Assembly (NCBI GenBank): GCA_951406725.2
Contig: OX597817.1
Coordinates: 9,734,001-9,798,000 of the forward strand
Reading direction: 5' to 3'
DNA length: 64,000 bases
DNA from: Octopus vulgaris
Lineage: Eukaryota
Shown here: piece after piece, positions 1-12,799 of the stretch
How positions within the stretch are numbered: the stretch's first letter is position 1
Layout of the letters: each line of letters opens with the position of its first letter
Position numbers and translations under genes: made by a program
Notes under the pieces: model-generated
Told to the model about the DNA's origin: nothing
The model's database searches: none
The model's input: the letters and a program-made list of their open reading frames with translations, nothing else

Positions 1-128
1 TACTAATTCTATCAATCCTTTTTGCCGAACTGCGAAGTTACGTAAACGGTCCAGCGTCTGTTGTAAAGCGATGTTGATGGGACAAACAGACACACAATCA
101 TATACGCATATATATATATGTGTGTGTG

Positions 129-174
<46 letters not shown>

Positions 175-201
175 TATATATATATTTATATACACACACA
201 G

Positions 202-245
<44 letters not shown>

Positions 246-1129
246 ACTATCTGACGTACCCGGTAATTCCCGAGAAAGCGGGGTTTATTCCTTGGTTCTG
301 TTTTCATAATTGTCTCCCAATCCAGTAACAACAATACAAAGTATGTAGCCCTTAAAACGGTTTTTGTGTATTTCTTGAGAATAATGAACTGTCTTACATA
401 AGATCTTGTTTTTAGGAATTCCCAATAAGTTATGAATACCCAAATTGTGAAGTCAGTTATGTAATAACCTGAAATTAATTACTCGATAGTAAGAATTGAA
501 ACAAAGTAAGGGCTTTGATACGTTCTCAGAACTTAGGAGGAAATACTAATATGGTATGTGTACTAAAATCGTAAATCATGTTACGTAGTAACTGGCTAAT
601 GAGATATAAGATAATAACTATTCTATGTAAATAATTCTCAGAAAAGGTTTTGTGCGTTCGCAGAGAATGTTACCCTCATCGGCGCTAGTGTTGGTATATT
701 CGTGAATAATACACTAACCGAAATAAGTGGGTCTATTGTTTAGGAATATACTATTTACTTGTTTAAGCGTTCTACTGGTTAAATTGCGAAAACAACTGAA
801 ATAGTTCAAATACAAAGAAATAAGGATGCTCAATTTGATTTATACGAAATAAATTACGAACATAAATGGGTTATTTCCCTTGGATATCTGTAAGGATCAT
901 TTTCAGAAGCAAATGGGTTATTACCCTTGTATGATATCTTAGTTATATGTAGTAGATATAAGAATCCCTTCGAGGGAGTCTATTATGGATTCTTCAACGA
1001 TCTAAGTTTGTCACTAATTTTCCAGATATGACTTCTACTCACCTGCTAAGTTCCATCAAAATCGATAAAACGATGTAGGTGGTGTTAGATAACAACGCCC
1101 AAACACACCCATAGATTTACACATGTGTA

Positions 1130-1195
<66 letters not shown>

Positions 1196-1738
1196 GCCAA
1201 CCAAGGGTGGTGTCCTATACGGGACAGTACTACTGACGTTTATAGCTCCAGGAAGACATCTGTTCAAACTGGCTACCGACACCCATTCTGTGTCCGATAG
1301 AGGACACATATACATAGATACACACATATGCGTATATATACATGTATATAGTATACCGTGTGGGTACACAGACGGACGGCTCGTTCTGCCGAGTTTAGAG
1401 CTTTGCGGAGATTATTTTCATCCAATATTGTATTTAGTCGTATTACTGGTTATTATATATGGCGCAATAGATGGAGAAATTACGATAACCACATTTATAC
1501 AATTTTTTTCTCTTCGCACGTCTCCCCATTGTTGTTGTTTGGAACTTTGGCATTGGATGTTTTAAGTGCAACTGAATGCATAATCACAATGAATCATCAA
1601 GGGAACTCTTAATTGCATTATATTACAGAAATGAAATGGATCTTAACTAACCAGCTTCAAGGTTATAAAGGCTTATTATCATTCAGGTTAGAAAGTCTGC
1701 AATGGCCATACTCGATAGCGAGGCGGAGTCATAAATAT

Positions 1739-1789
<51 letters not shown>

Positions 1790-1971
1790 TAGATAGATAA
1801 GAAAGTTTGTTTGGTAAAGCACGTGGGTGAATATATAAGAAAATAGTAAAGTGTGAAAAAACGACAGAAGGCTTAAATGTTAAAAAATATATATATTTGT
1901 GTCAAAATGTCTGGAGAATATTGGAAAAATTTTTTTCCTTTCCTTAAAATGACATAATTTTAAAATTTTTA

Positions 1972-2011
1972 AAGAAATTACCGGTTTCGCGTGTAGCTTT
2001 TCAAATTTCTT
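1972..2011 (-). ncRNA. Minimal type-I hammerhead ribozyme motif, U3-A8 core variant, in a Penelope-like repeat
   Basis: Minus strand parses as aagaaat-TTGAAAA-gc(tacac)gc-GAA-A(ccgg)T-a-atttctt: 7-bp stem I, 2-bp stem II, and a 1-bp stem III with palindromic CCGG loop. Confidence 0.6.
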
Positions 2012-2169
2012 GTGACGTTATGTTTATATTGCATGGAGTTATCGTTGTATTTATTTTCAGGAGATTTCTAAATAAGGGGAGGTAGTGAGTGATTTCTTCC
2101 GGTGTAAGGGAGATAATCGCTTAAAATTTTTTTTCCTTTTCCCTTGTTCATTTCTCTGTGTCAGTATGT

Positions 2170-2756
2170 TCGGATGGTTTTTCCCTTTCTTGTGAAAATT
2201 TGGATTCTTCATGACGGAAGTGCACCCTGTCACCAAGCACACCTCACTTGTGAGTCTCTCGCCAAAAGCTACATGGTATCGCTTCCGCACCCGCCCTATC
2301 TGCCAGATTTAACATCTGGAAACTTCCATCTCGTCCTCAGGATGAAAATGCAGCTCAAATGATGCCGTTTTATCAAACATACCTAGTTCAGTAACTTGTT
2401 GATACTTATTTATTTATTTATGCGCCCTTTTCAAGCCTGGCCAGATTCATGGGCCCGGTTTCCCGGTTTCTGTGGTGTATGTGTTCCCCCCCCCCCAGCT
2501 GGACGGGACACCAGTCCATCGCAGCGTTACCCAAGGAACAGGAAGTGAGAGTGAGAGAAATTTGTGGCGAAAGAGTACAATAGGGGTCGCCACCACCCCC
2601 TGTCGGAGCCTTGTGGATCTTATAGGTGTTTTCGCTCAATAAACACACACAACACCCGGTCTTGGAATCGAAACCGCGATCCTCCGACCGCGAGTCCGCT
2701 GCCCTAACTACTGAGCCATTGCGCCTCCGCAAACTTGTTGATACTGCCTCGTATAA
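2170..2756 (+). mobile_element. Mariner transposon relic (catalytic fragment plus TIR), interrupted by a SINE
   Basis: Translation WILHDGSAPCH...LPHPPYLPDLTSGNFHL resembles the mariner HDNARPH and YSPDLAPSD motifs. A TIR-like end (gatactgcctcgta) follows the SINE. Confidence 0.8.
2407..2730 (-). mobile_element. tRNA-derived SINE B (head1, tail Y) with 14-bp TSD
   Basis: Head ggaggcgcaatggctcagtagttagggcagcggactcgcgg with A/B-box-like motifs. TSD aacttgttgatact at 2393-2406 and 2732-2745. Confidence 0.9.
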
Positions 2757-2799
2757 ATTAATTTTTCTTTTAATTTTTAAAATTAATTAATTTTTTCTT

Positions 2800-3295
2800 T
2801 TACAAGGTCCTGTAACAGACCACTCCTGGATAGTGACCTGTGGCATCACCCAAATGTGGAGATAAAGAACGAATCATCCGGCTAGCTGCTACAGTATGAC
2901 ACCGAAGCCAGCCTGTTTTAGCCTGTCCTTGCCCGCTGAACAACATTACTGTTGTACAGAAAGAAAAAATACTAGCCAATTGCAAAAGCCAGTCTCATTT
3001 CATGACTTTGCAAGCGGTTCTATGGTAAATGAGTAAGGTAAAAGATCCCCATGCTGGCTCTGACGCCGCCAAGGTAAACTTGATCTACGCTGGTTTGCTC
3101 CCGCTCCGGAAGACAGTGACGAGTAAGACAGAATGCAGAAAAAACAATGAACATTGCCGAATGGAATACTACTTGATAAAACAAGATCTCAAAGACCTGA
3201 GCGTCAGACAGCTCTAATTGCACAGTGGTCAAATACACGCAACATCAACATCAGCGCTATGTGTGAAACACGATGCCTGGATATGGTGACTCTAA
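2800..3295 (+). mobile_element. RTE-clade LINE 5' relic (AP-endonuclease N-terminus)
   Basis: Frameshifted MNIAEWN...LLDKTRSQRPERQTALIAQ...NINISAMCETR matches the RTE pattern WNVRTL..RPERRTAL..IDIAALSETR. Confidence 0.75.
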
Positions 3296-3464
3296 TTTCG
3301 CTATCATCGAAAAAATTCCTCTGTGTAATGCTCGAGTTAGTTGAAGACAAATCTTCTGTCCAGAAACACATGTTATACAATTTATATAACGATCTATTTT
3401 GCACTGTGTTGCGTATTAAAAACGTCTTTAGTATACATACATATCATTATATGTACATTTGCTT

Positions 3465-3499
<35 letters not shown>

Positions 3500-3562
3500 G
3501 ACACATTCACATATCTATATACATCCCCAAATATGTTTGTATATTATTATTATTATCATTAT

Positions 3563-3948
3563 TGTGTTTTTTCCTTCTTTCTTCAAATTTTCTTCCGTTT
3601 CTCGCCGAGTGTTTTCCATACATCTAGGGCAGAGAAGGGCATTGTATGCATTCCCAGATTACACGCGCAAATTCACAGATAAAATATGTATTTAAAAATT
3701 AATAAATAAATAAATTCATGGATGGATGTTATTTTCACAACGATTGTGCTCTTCTCGGTACATGAGCCGTTCCAGTTAATACGATTTTTTGCACTTCCTG
3801 TAGGGATGGTAAGCCTGGAATCATTTTCAAATAGGTTTCAGTACCTTTTTTTTTCATTCCTAGAGATCCTACAACCACTGGTACTGTAGTCGCCTTGAGT
3901 TGCCACATTTTTTTCAATTTCCATTAGCAGGTCTTTATATTTACTAAT
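3563..3948 (-). mobile_element. R4/Dong-like (RLE) non-LTR retrotransposon 3' end
   Basis: KYKDLLMEIEK / MWQLKATTVPVVVGSLG...VQKIVLTGTAHV. Bounded by (AAT)n at the 3' end and (AAG)n(AAT)n at the 5' end. Confidence 0.8.
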
Positions 3949-4002
3949 CTTCTTCTTCTTCTTCTTCTTCTTCTTCTTCTTCTTCTTCTTCTTCTTCTTC
4001 TT

Positions 4003-4080
<78 letters not shown>

Positions 4081-4108
4081 GCTACTGTTGTTGTTGTTAT
4101 TGTTATTA
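3948..4108. repeat. Compound (CTT)n(ATT)n microsatellite
   Basis: Read directly from the sequence. Confidence 0.98.
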
Positions 4109-4111
4109 AAC

Positions 4112-4395
4112 ACATATACTTTGTGTATTTTCCGTTTGCTGCAATGACGTAACGGAGTATATAATTCTTAAGTCGCTGGTGTTGTTGAAAACACCCTAGA
4201 GTCATCGACAGGCAGGATAACTGACCTTCAATCCCATTGGGGAGTGATGGAAATCGATGTTTCATCATTTCTGTAACCTGTCAACACGAAGCCCCCGCCT
4301 AAGTAAATCATGTGCACCAATCCAACGACCTATATGCTGATAGCTTGTAAAACCATGAGCTGGTATGCCCGGAAATTGCATACCTAAGAGAAAAT
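4112..4395 (-). mobile_element. Older truncated copy of the adjacent MITE family, inverted
   Basis: 4185-4262 aligns with the reverse complement of about 4903-4980 (agagtcatcgacaggc(a/g)ggataac...atcgatgtt). Confidence 0.7.
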
Positions 4396-4428
4396 TTACA
4401 TATGTAGTAAAACTTCTTTTATAATAAA

Positions 4429-4730
4429 CTAGCAGTATCGCCCGGCGTTGCTCGGGTTTGTAAGGGAAATAACTATATAAGCATTTTTAGAGAGTTACTT
4501 CCCTTATATAATAGTAAAAAAATGCATTAAAAATGGGAAAAAATTATGGTAATTTTTTTTTAAATCGTAGACTCATCGTAGGCGCGCGCTAATACCCAGA
4601 AGGGCTCGATATGAATCCCGACTATAAGATACCCGATTTTGGTTAAACTGCACCGCAAAATGTGGGAGTAGTTAGGAATCTAAATCGTAGGAGACAGACA
4701 CTCACACAACTTCACTTTTATATATAAAGA
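4429..4730 (-). mobile_element. Non-autonomous Helitron
   Basis: 5' TC start, 3' hairpin cccgagcaacgccggg, CTAG end, inserted between A and T with no TSD. Second copy at 30661. Confidence 0.85.
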
Positions 4731-5054
4731 TATTATTTAATTCATATACTAATGTATACGCTTTGTGTATTTACCAGTGGCTGAAATGGCGTGGCGGAGT
4801 ATATAACTCTCAAACCATGAGCCTATATGTCGTTGGACTGGCTAGATGACATGTCTTCAACCTAGTCGGGTGCGTGGTATTCGTAAGCTGCAAAAATGGC
4901 GAAACATCGATGTCCATCAATTCCAAACGGGACTGAAGATGGGTTATCCCGCCTGTCGATGACTCTGAGGTGGTTTTTAATATCGGCAACTTGTGGGTTA
5001 TATATTCCGCCACGCCATTGCAGCCACCAGAAAATACGTAAAGCGTACACATTA

Positions 5055-5313
5055 AAATAAATAAATGCGCCCTTTTAAAGCATAACCAGGCTCATGGTCC
5101 TGGTGTCCCGGTTTCTATGGCGTATGCGTTCCCCAGCTGGCCGGGAAGCCAGTCCATCACAGCGTTACTCATTTTTACCAGCTGAGTGGACTGGAGCAAT
5201 GAGAAATGAAGTGTTTTTCTCAAGATCACAACGCGTCGCCTGGTCCAGGAATCGAAACCACAATCTGACGATCATGATGCTGACACCCTAACCACTAAGC
5301 CACGCGCCTCCAC
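5055..5313 (-). mobile_element. tRNA-derived SINE B variant (head2/mid2, tail Y)
   Basis: Head ggaggcgcgtggcttagtggttaggg; tail shared with the 2407-2730 copy; flanked by repeated aaagcgta. Confidence 0.85.
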
Positions 5314-5386
5314 TAAAGCGTATATATCAGTATATGTATTTAATGATATTTATTACACTAGAGCTGTTTTTACTACATATGTATGT

Positions 5387-5812
5387 AGGCGCAGGAGTGG
5401 CTGTGTGGTAAGTAGCTTGTTTACCAACCACATGATTCCGGGTTCAGTCCCACTGCGTGGCACCTTGGGCAAGTGTCTTCTACTATAGCCTCGGGCCGAC
5501 TAAACCCTTGTGAGTGGATTTGGTAAACGGAAACTGAAAGAAGCCTGTCGTATATATGTATATATATATATATGTGTGTGTGTGCGTGTGTGTGTTTGTG
5601 TGAGTGTGTTTGTCCCCCTAGTATTGCTTGACAACCGATGCTGGTGTGTTTATGTCCCCGTTACTTAGCGGTTCGGCAAAAGAAACCGATAGAATAAGTA
5701 CTGGGCTTACAAAAAAATAAGTCCCGGGGTCGAGTTGCTCGATTAAAGGCGGTGCTCCAGCATGGCCGCAGTCAAATGACTGAAACAAGTAAAAGAGTAA
5801 AGAGTAAAGAGT
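5387..5812 (+). mobile_element. tRNA-derived SINE A
   Basis: Head ggcgcaggagtggctgtgtggtaag...gggttcagtccc, internal (TA)(TG) tract, tail ccagcatggccgcagtcaaatgactgaaacaag(taaaagag)n. More than a dozen copies in the window. Confidence 0.92.
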
Positions 5813-5834
5813 AACTATGTAATGTACATACATA

Positions 5835-5990
5835 TATATTGTTGTGTCTGGCGAGAGTCATTCTATTTTAATGCCTTATTAATTAACACTCTCACTGCAT
5901 CAATTTCCACTCATTTACTTATTTATTCTTTATTTTATTTCTAAAATTTTCGTTGCTTCTTGCAACCACTTCAAACAAATATGCTTCAAT
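5835..5990 (-). mobile_element. Penelope-like short repeat with decayed hammerhead core
   Basis: Homologous to 36230-36365. Minus strand reads ttgaagtg-gttgc(aagaa)gcaac-gaaa-attt. Confidence 0.5.
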
Positions 5991-6990
5991 ACACGAATTC
6001 CCATAAAGAATCTTGCAAACCAAATACAAAAACGAAATATACGTGTGTGCGTGCGCGTGTGTGTATGTGTGTATACACATACATATACATATATCATTAT
6101 CTAACGACACACAAATCTATACATTATATATCATTATACGACTTCAGGCCACTATTAAGGACATTGTTTCAAACCCATCTATCGATGGTAAAAGCGTTTT
6201 GTGATAGATTTATTGAGAAAATCTACAATGGTTCTTATAGTCAATTAATACAGGCCTTTATGAAAGCCCAACATACAAAATTATTAACAAAAAGTGTTCG
6301 CTTCAACCATGACAATATCCATATATCGCATAGTTTTATATTCTCTATGATATAGTTTTTTTTTTACAGGCAAGGCTCAATGATCAAAGCTGATATGCTC
6401 TTTAAATAAGCATTCTCCTTGACCAGAGCTGGTGTAGTGTTGAAAAATAACAATAGTAGGTTAAAAACAATTTGACTACTGATCTCTCGCAGCAGATAAT
6501 TTGATATAGAATATTACATAGTGTACTTACTATTTTGTATCATAATATTGATGAAGTTATTAACTGCCAGCCGATCCCGATCAATTTATAATATAATATT
6601 AGTTAATATTATTATTTAGGATATTGACATGGCTAAGAATTTAGGCTGTGAACTAAATATCTGTTTATTAGGCACTGATGTTTTCATTCACCATAATAGC
6701 GAATATCATTTTGTCTCCCTTCTATTTTACTTTATCCTCAATATTTTATTTCTGTACTATTTGATTAGATATTAATAAGAACCAGTTATATACGAGACAA
6801 ACTTCATGAACTATATTGCTTTCCTTACAAATAAATTCATCTGAATGCACTAAGCATTTGAAACTGCTAAACATTGTGAAAGAAATGCGTGAGAAGAGTT
6901 AATTCGGTAATTATTAATTTCGAATTCTTGTCGGTTAAATGTTCAAGGATAATGTATACCATCACGTCGTCTGTCAATTTCCGACTGAAT

Positions 6991-7288
6991 TCAGTGTTCG
7001 TTCACCTCTGCTGCTGCTGCTGCTGCTGCTGTTGTTGTTGTTAAGCAACAAGACGGGTAAGGGTGATTAGGTGATGGTCTAGGGCTTAGGGGCGGGAGAC
7101 CCCCAGACCTTGGAAAACAAAACTTTGGTCGTCTTGTTGTTGTCGAGCGCTCTTCGTTAACGCCCGACACTACTGGAAGGTGGCTCTCGAAGTCGCTGAA
7201 AATGGAGATCTCCAGGTCCAAATTCTTGAGCAACTGCTGCTGCTAGTTATGGGTAAGGTTCAATATTGCAGCTCTTGAGCGTTCCTTC
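6991..7288 (-). CDS. Candidate terminal exon of an unidentified host gene
   Basis: Single-copy, locally GC-richer segment. Acceptor ...ttctgat...ttttAG at 7290-7289. One frame reads KERSRAAILNLTHN*, followed by 83 further open codons. No homology recognised. Confidence 0.3.
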
Positions 7289-10200
7289 CTAAAACATTAA
7301 TTGTATATCAGAAGAAGATAAAGAATATGGGATCATTATAGCTTTGGTGCTGTGGCAAAACAAAGTCATATACACTTACAAGTGGAAAAGTAAATGTTAT
7401 TTGAAAAACATATTTGGAAGAAGACAGTGCCACCGGCATTTACTTCTTGGGGAAAAAAATCTATCCAGCTTGTTAGTCATTAGTCTATATTCCATAAATA
7501 GTTTCGTGCTGTACTTCGAGTATGCCATTAAATATCTACTTTCTTTATAGAGAGAAATTGTATACTGCCAGTGAGTTGCTGATTTCTGGGTACAGCCATT
7601 TCTCTTATGTTAGGTCGTAAATGGCTTTTGGAAAACATAAACATATCAACTCATATTTTCTCCCACCAATGTCGAGAGGATAATAAAACATAGAGAAATA
7701 TATCTAAAGAGTCTATGCAGACATTAAATCTTGGATTATTGCTTTACCTGTGTACAAAATAATTAAATAGTGAACAAATTTTCACCAGTTAAATCTATGT
7801 ACAGATTTCAGTGAAATTGCGTTAGTGCAGATCGTGTGTTTAGAAACCATGCACAGCATGGCTTATGACAACATAATTCAGCGAACTGAAGTTGCAATGG
7901 ATTAGCTTAATGTATTTTAACATCAGTAGTTTTAATTATGCATAAAATATATCCAGATTTATGAGGCAACATATATTATTCTGTTTTATTATAGGCAGAG
8001 ATTCTGTATACGTGGAATAAGATTGATGACTCTCATAAAACTTTGGAAGAAATGAGATGAAATTTAAGAACCCGTGGCAATAAACTTTTCTCATAATAAG
8101 TGATGTGACACAAACGAGGATAATGGCTAATAAAGAAAGTGAATTGAGTTTAATCATTGACGAAAATCGAGTCAATAATGTGAATGCCATTATTTTTATC
8201 AGATACTCATTTTATGAATGCGAAGTGTATTCCATAATTACCTCTAACTCGGTAAAGTGGGCCCTTGCAATATCTAGCCAGCTGAACTGCGATTTACAAA
8301 GCCATCAGAAAATCATTAATGTGAATTAGTCAGAGTTAAGTAACCAGAGATGTATAGCTTTAATCTGTGGCATTTTTCTAAATATTGTATTCCTATATGG
8401 GTGTCTGGAAGTTTAGTCGTTCTTATTGGAGATAAATAGAGTAAAGAATATGGTTGAACTTTAGTAGACTGTTCAGTTGCAATAATTATATAAAGCCAAA
8501 CAAATTTTGAAATGTTTAAAGAGGAAATGTAAAGGCTAAGCTTTTCACACCACTTTAAATTATGGCGTAGTTTTCAAAAATGTTTACGGAGTAGCCAGAT
8601 AATGACGTTCATTATTAGTTTCAGTACTTATATTATGCGCATACGGCAGAGTCTCACAAATATAATATAGTGAATTGAAAATGTCAATCACCTGAGAGTA
8701 TCCTGGCAATTAGAAGGCAAACAATCCATCCAAAGATGTGTAAGTTCTAAAACATGCAAAGGAAATAACCTCATGTTATCAGCTTATTCAAATATTTGGG
8801 AAATAAAGACTTTCCAACTGAAAGTAGAGACTTTGAATCCGACCGGTAAAAGCAAAGGAAAGGTTTCGATTTTCTTAGATCTGGTCAGTGAAGCATATTT
8901 AGCACAGATTGGTAAAGTTAGAAGATATCAGTGTACATAGAAATAGAGGGAATGTACTGACGTTGATTATAAACATTAACAACCAGAGCTGTAGAAATTT
9001 ATCTCAGATGAGTGTTCCTAATGCCAAATAAACATATCAGAGTATCATTATAATGCGTTAAAATTCTTCGATTAACTGAGGTAATGTCTGCAAATAAATA
9101 GTAATAACTCCCTGTGCAGGTGTTTCAAATCTATAAACAGCAAACAAGGCAAATTATTCCAGTAAGTTCAGCTTTACCATAACAATTTCAATACCGTTTG
9201 TGATGGTATTTATTAGCAATACACGAGGCATATGAACGTCTTGAAAATTCTACGAGATCAACGTTTTTCATTTAATGCTAATATAGAAGATAGAAGTGAA
9301 TATGAAAAATGTTCAAACTTTAGACTTTGTTGGCTAATCGAGAGTTTAACTGCATTAATTAGTAATCATACATCATCAACCATTTTCTTTCTTTTTTCAG
9401 GATTACTCACCACGACAGAATTACGCTGAAGAGGTCAATCCATATTAAACATATTGCTTTCTGTAATTAATCAAAAAAACTTTTTCATCTTCCTGAATAA
9501 AATTAGTTTCTTCAGATGCTAACTGCCAAGAAATGAAAATAATTTTTCACTTATTTATAGTAAAATAGATATATCATTTAGAAGAAGACATGGCAATTTT
9601 CCAGTTTCTTAGAAACTAAAAGAACTTTGTTTAGCGGCACTAAAATATACTTCAGATCCTGCATTAATAATGTCTACAGATAAAAATTATTAGAATGATG
9701 AAGATAGCTGAAATATTGAAACAAGTTTACGTTAGAGTAAGTAAATGCAATGACACAGCCAACTCTAAAAATGAATGATAGATCGGACAAAGAATCGTAA
9801 AAAAGAAAAATGTTATGCTTAAAGCGGTACTTTGTTGTATAGTTTAGTTGATAAAGCTATCAAATAAAATGAAGGATAAACCAAAATCTAAGTCCCAGTT
9901 CGGTTAATTACAATGCATTTCTTTTGCACTTCCTTTCTTCATACACTAGCCTTTCAATAATTATCTTACCTAGTTCTTTTTCATCATCAGCTATTCCCCT
10001 ACAATACCTTATCGACAATAATGTTTTCCTCACGTAATATTTAGATTGATAGATTCTTAGCTTATTTTAAGGAATAATATTCGTGCCGGGATAGTGTTTT
10101 ACTACATAACGCTTCTTTCTATCCAAAGGCGTCATTATTTCTTACACAGTGCATACGACACAACAGCATAGTTACGTCAGTGAATGAGTCTCTGAGTAAT

Positions 10201-10659
10201 CGCTCGGGCTCTAAGAAGTAGCATCAAATCCCTCGCAAATGAAAGACTGCTGCCTTGGAAAAGAAAGATCACCACGCCGTTGGATATTATAGTCTGCTGC
10301 TTGTAAAAATATACAACAATATTATTGGTTGGAACATTTTGAATTATAGATGACCAGTTCAAGACAAAACCAGTTTCGAATTTGGGATTAGGTCAGCGAT
10401 TTCAGTGGAGGGGTCTAAGTCGATTACATCGACCCCCAATGCTTAATTTGTACTTATTTCATCAACCCCGACAGGATGTAAGGTAAAGTCGACCTCGTTG
10501 GAATTCGCTTTTTCCTTGCATCCTTTCCAATATGATGACACAAGGATTGACAGTGTTGAAAACCTGCTTTAAAAATACAGGTCATAAATTAAACTAGAAT
10601 TTCATCATATTACCCGCGCGTGCGTGTATATGTGTGTGTACATGCGTGTAAGTTGGAAT

Positions 10660-11000
10660 GCCGTTTTTTGCCGTTTCCTCCCAGTTAGTGAAGTCGATGT
10701 CACACTTTTTGAGGTTCGTTTTCAGGGAGTCCTTGTAGCGTTTCTTAAAAAACAGACCACTCTGGAAAACCACCATCCATGAGGGAACGGCGACCTTCGA
10801 GTCGAAAAGGTCTGCAGAGCTGGACGACGACGGAAGGAGCGCCAACAACAACCACGTGCGACTCTCCCTTCCGACACTAGATGTCCGCACTGCGACCGAT
10901 CTTTTCAGGCAAGAATTGATCTTATCGGTCACCTACGGACTCACCAGTAAATTTGCGTAAAGACCATCATCCTCGACCTTGAGGGAATGCCATAAAAAAA
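10660..11000 (+). mobile_element. 5'-truncated, 5'-inverted RTE-clade LINE with 10-bp TSD
   Basis: Minus piece KKRYKDSLKTNLKKCDIDFTNWEETAKN. Plus piece KNRPLWKTTIHEG...CPHCDRSFQARIDLIGHLRTHQ* followed by an A-tail. TSD aagttggaat at 10650-10659 and 11001-11010. Confidence 0.85.
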
Positions 11001-11827
11001 AAGTTGGAATAGGTACCACCTGATGATCAAAGGATAAGCCACTCGAAACCTATTGCGAAAAGAAAATTACGAATTGCTGGTTTGATGTCAACGTGATCGG
11101 TATCTTAACTTTATTTGAATTATTTAAAAAGTGTTACAGTGTTTATGACACTATATTTATTTACTGTTATGTATTTCTATCTTATCTAATCCTTTAGTTA
11201 CTTCATTTCCATATCCTTTCCTACGTAGAGCATATCACAGCTGCTCCCTTATTGATAAAAATGTTTTCTATATTTTTCACCCTCTATTCAGATCTCATTC
11301 CTTTACTCGTTCTATTGTCATCCAGTATACTACATATCCTCTACTTATTCCATCTTACATATTCCTAACGCATGTGACTTCAATATGCCTTATCATAGAC
11401 CTTACATTCAAAGATTTGATTCTTTAAGAACTTCTCTGCTGCAGTTGCTGACACAGTTTTTTTTTTCATTTCAATAGAAAATATCTCGTACACATTAACA
11501 TTTGCATAGGAGTTCAGTAAAAGTTGTTATTTTGTTGTTGGCATCATATCAGCTGTGATTGATTAGACCTGTAAAAAAAAAAAAAAGAAAATGTTTCAGC
11601 TATGATCACACATTACATTATAAAACGTATCCTTCTTTTCAAGATAGTTCAGTGACAACTGGAGGGACTTTCGTTCCTATGTCTATTACGTAGCAATTTA
11701 AATATAGAATATTTGGATGAAAAAATGCTATTGATGCCGATCCTTGGCCGGAAGTGAATAGAATATTTTATGTAAGGTGATTTCAATATGCAAAAATCTC
11801 TGTCAGGTTTAAAGTTAATTATCCAGA

Positions 11828-11831
11828 TGTA

Positions 11832-11896
<65 letters not shown>

Positions 11897-12205
11897 ATAT
11901 GTATTTATATGTGCATCTATGTGTGCCAGTATTTATGTATTTACGCGTCTATGTATCGATGTATCTATGTATCTATCTACATATATGTGTTCATGAATAT
12001 GTGTGCGTGTGTATGTACATATGCACAATCTATGTATGTATATATATATATATGTATGTATGTACGTACGGATGTACGTACGGATGTATGTATGTATGTA
12101 TGTATGTATGTATGTGTGTATGTATGTATGTATGTGTGTATGTTTGTGTGTATGTATGTATATATAAATGTATGTATGTATGTATGTATGTATGTATGTA
12201 TGTAC

Positions 12206-12236
<31 letters not shown>

Positions 12237-12312
12237 TGTATGTATGTATGTATGTATGTATGTATGTATGTATGTATGTGCGCATGTATGTATGTACGTA
12301 TGTATGTATGTG
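11828..12312. repeat. (TA)n/(TATG)n microsatellite array
   Basis: Read directly from the sequence. Confidence 0.97.
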
Positions 12313-12718
12313 TGAGGATTCGTTCCGTTGCTACTCTAAGTTTCTTACCATTTACAATCCTGAAGAAGAGCAGGATGACAAACTCAGAGATAGAAATCTC
12401 ATATAAAAAGCAACAATCTCAGTATATATAATTTGCAGTGGAAGCATAGGAATACTCAGATTTGCATCGGCGTGTTTAATAAAATATATTTGAGGTAGAA
12501 TAATCAAAATACAGTCTAAACTATCTTATGGGTATCCTTTACATTCAAAATGTCTGGAAAAGGTCTTTGTCGTATAACCTGCAGTTGAAGTAGTTGCTCT
12601 AGATGTATATCACTGGGTATTTAGCTATGGATACTTAGAGATTAGTTTACGTATCGTACAAACGTATAACACTATAGTCCACTAGTGTATAGATGACTCA
12701 TCTACTTATTTTCTTTAT

Positions 12719-12799
12719 TTAGTTTTGTACTAAAAGCCGTCTGACAATGGCCGAGTGACGACGAGTGCAGGCTTGATCAGTTGGAAGGATATCGCGAAT
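12719..12799 (-). CDS. Candidate short exon with ankyrin-like spacing (alternatively a core promoter)
   Basis: ttgttgttcAG is followed by IRDILPTDQACTRRHSAIVRRLLVQN*. The D.LP.D.A..R.H..IV..L pattern resembles terminal ankyrin repeats. Only 26 aa long. Confidence 0.25.
   Translation of the reverse strand: MRDILPTDQACTRRHSAIVRRLLVQN

Larger units (their letters stand above)
4398..5382. mobile_element. MITE-like element with roughly 110-bp TIRs, each arm interrupted by another TE
   Basis: Removing the Helitron and the SINE restores inverted arms that begin tacatatgtagtaaaa and contain aatggcgtggcgga(g/a)tatataac. Confidence 0.75.

Noticed and set aside
650-690. Minus-strand CCGATGA...GAA motif
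   Set aside because: Stems II and III are too degenerate; possibly a dead hammerhead but unsupported.
6939-7070. Plus-strand ATG frame with poly-Leu then G|GTAAG, resembling a signal-peptide exon
   Set aside because: The Leu run is a (CTG)n(TTG)n repeat lying far from the ATG, and no downstream exon is evident.
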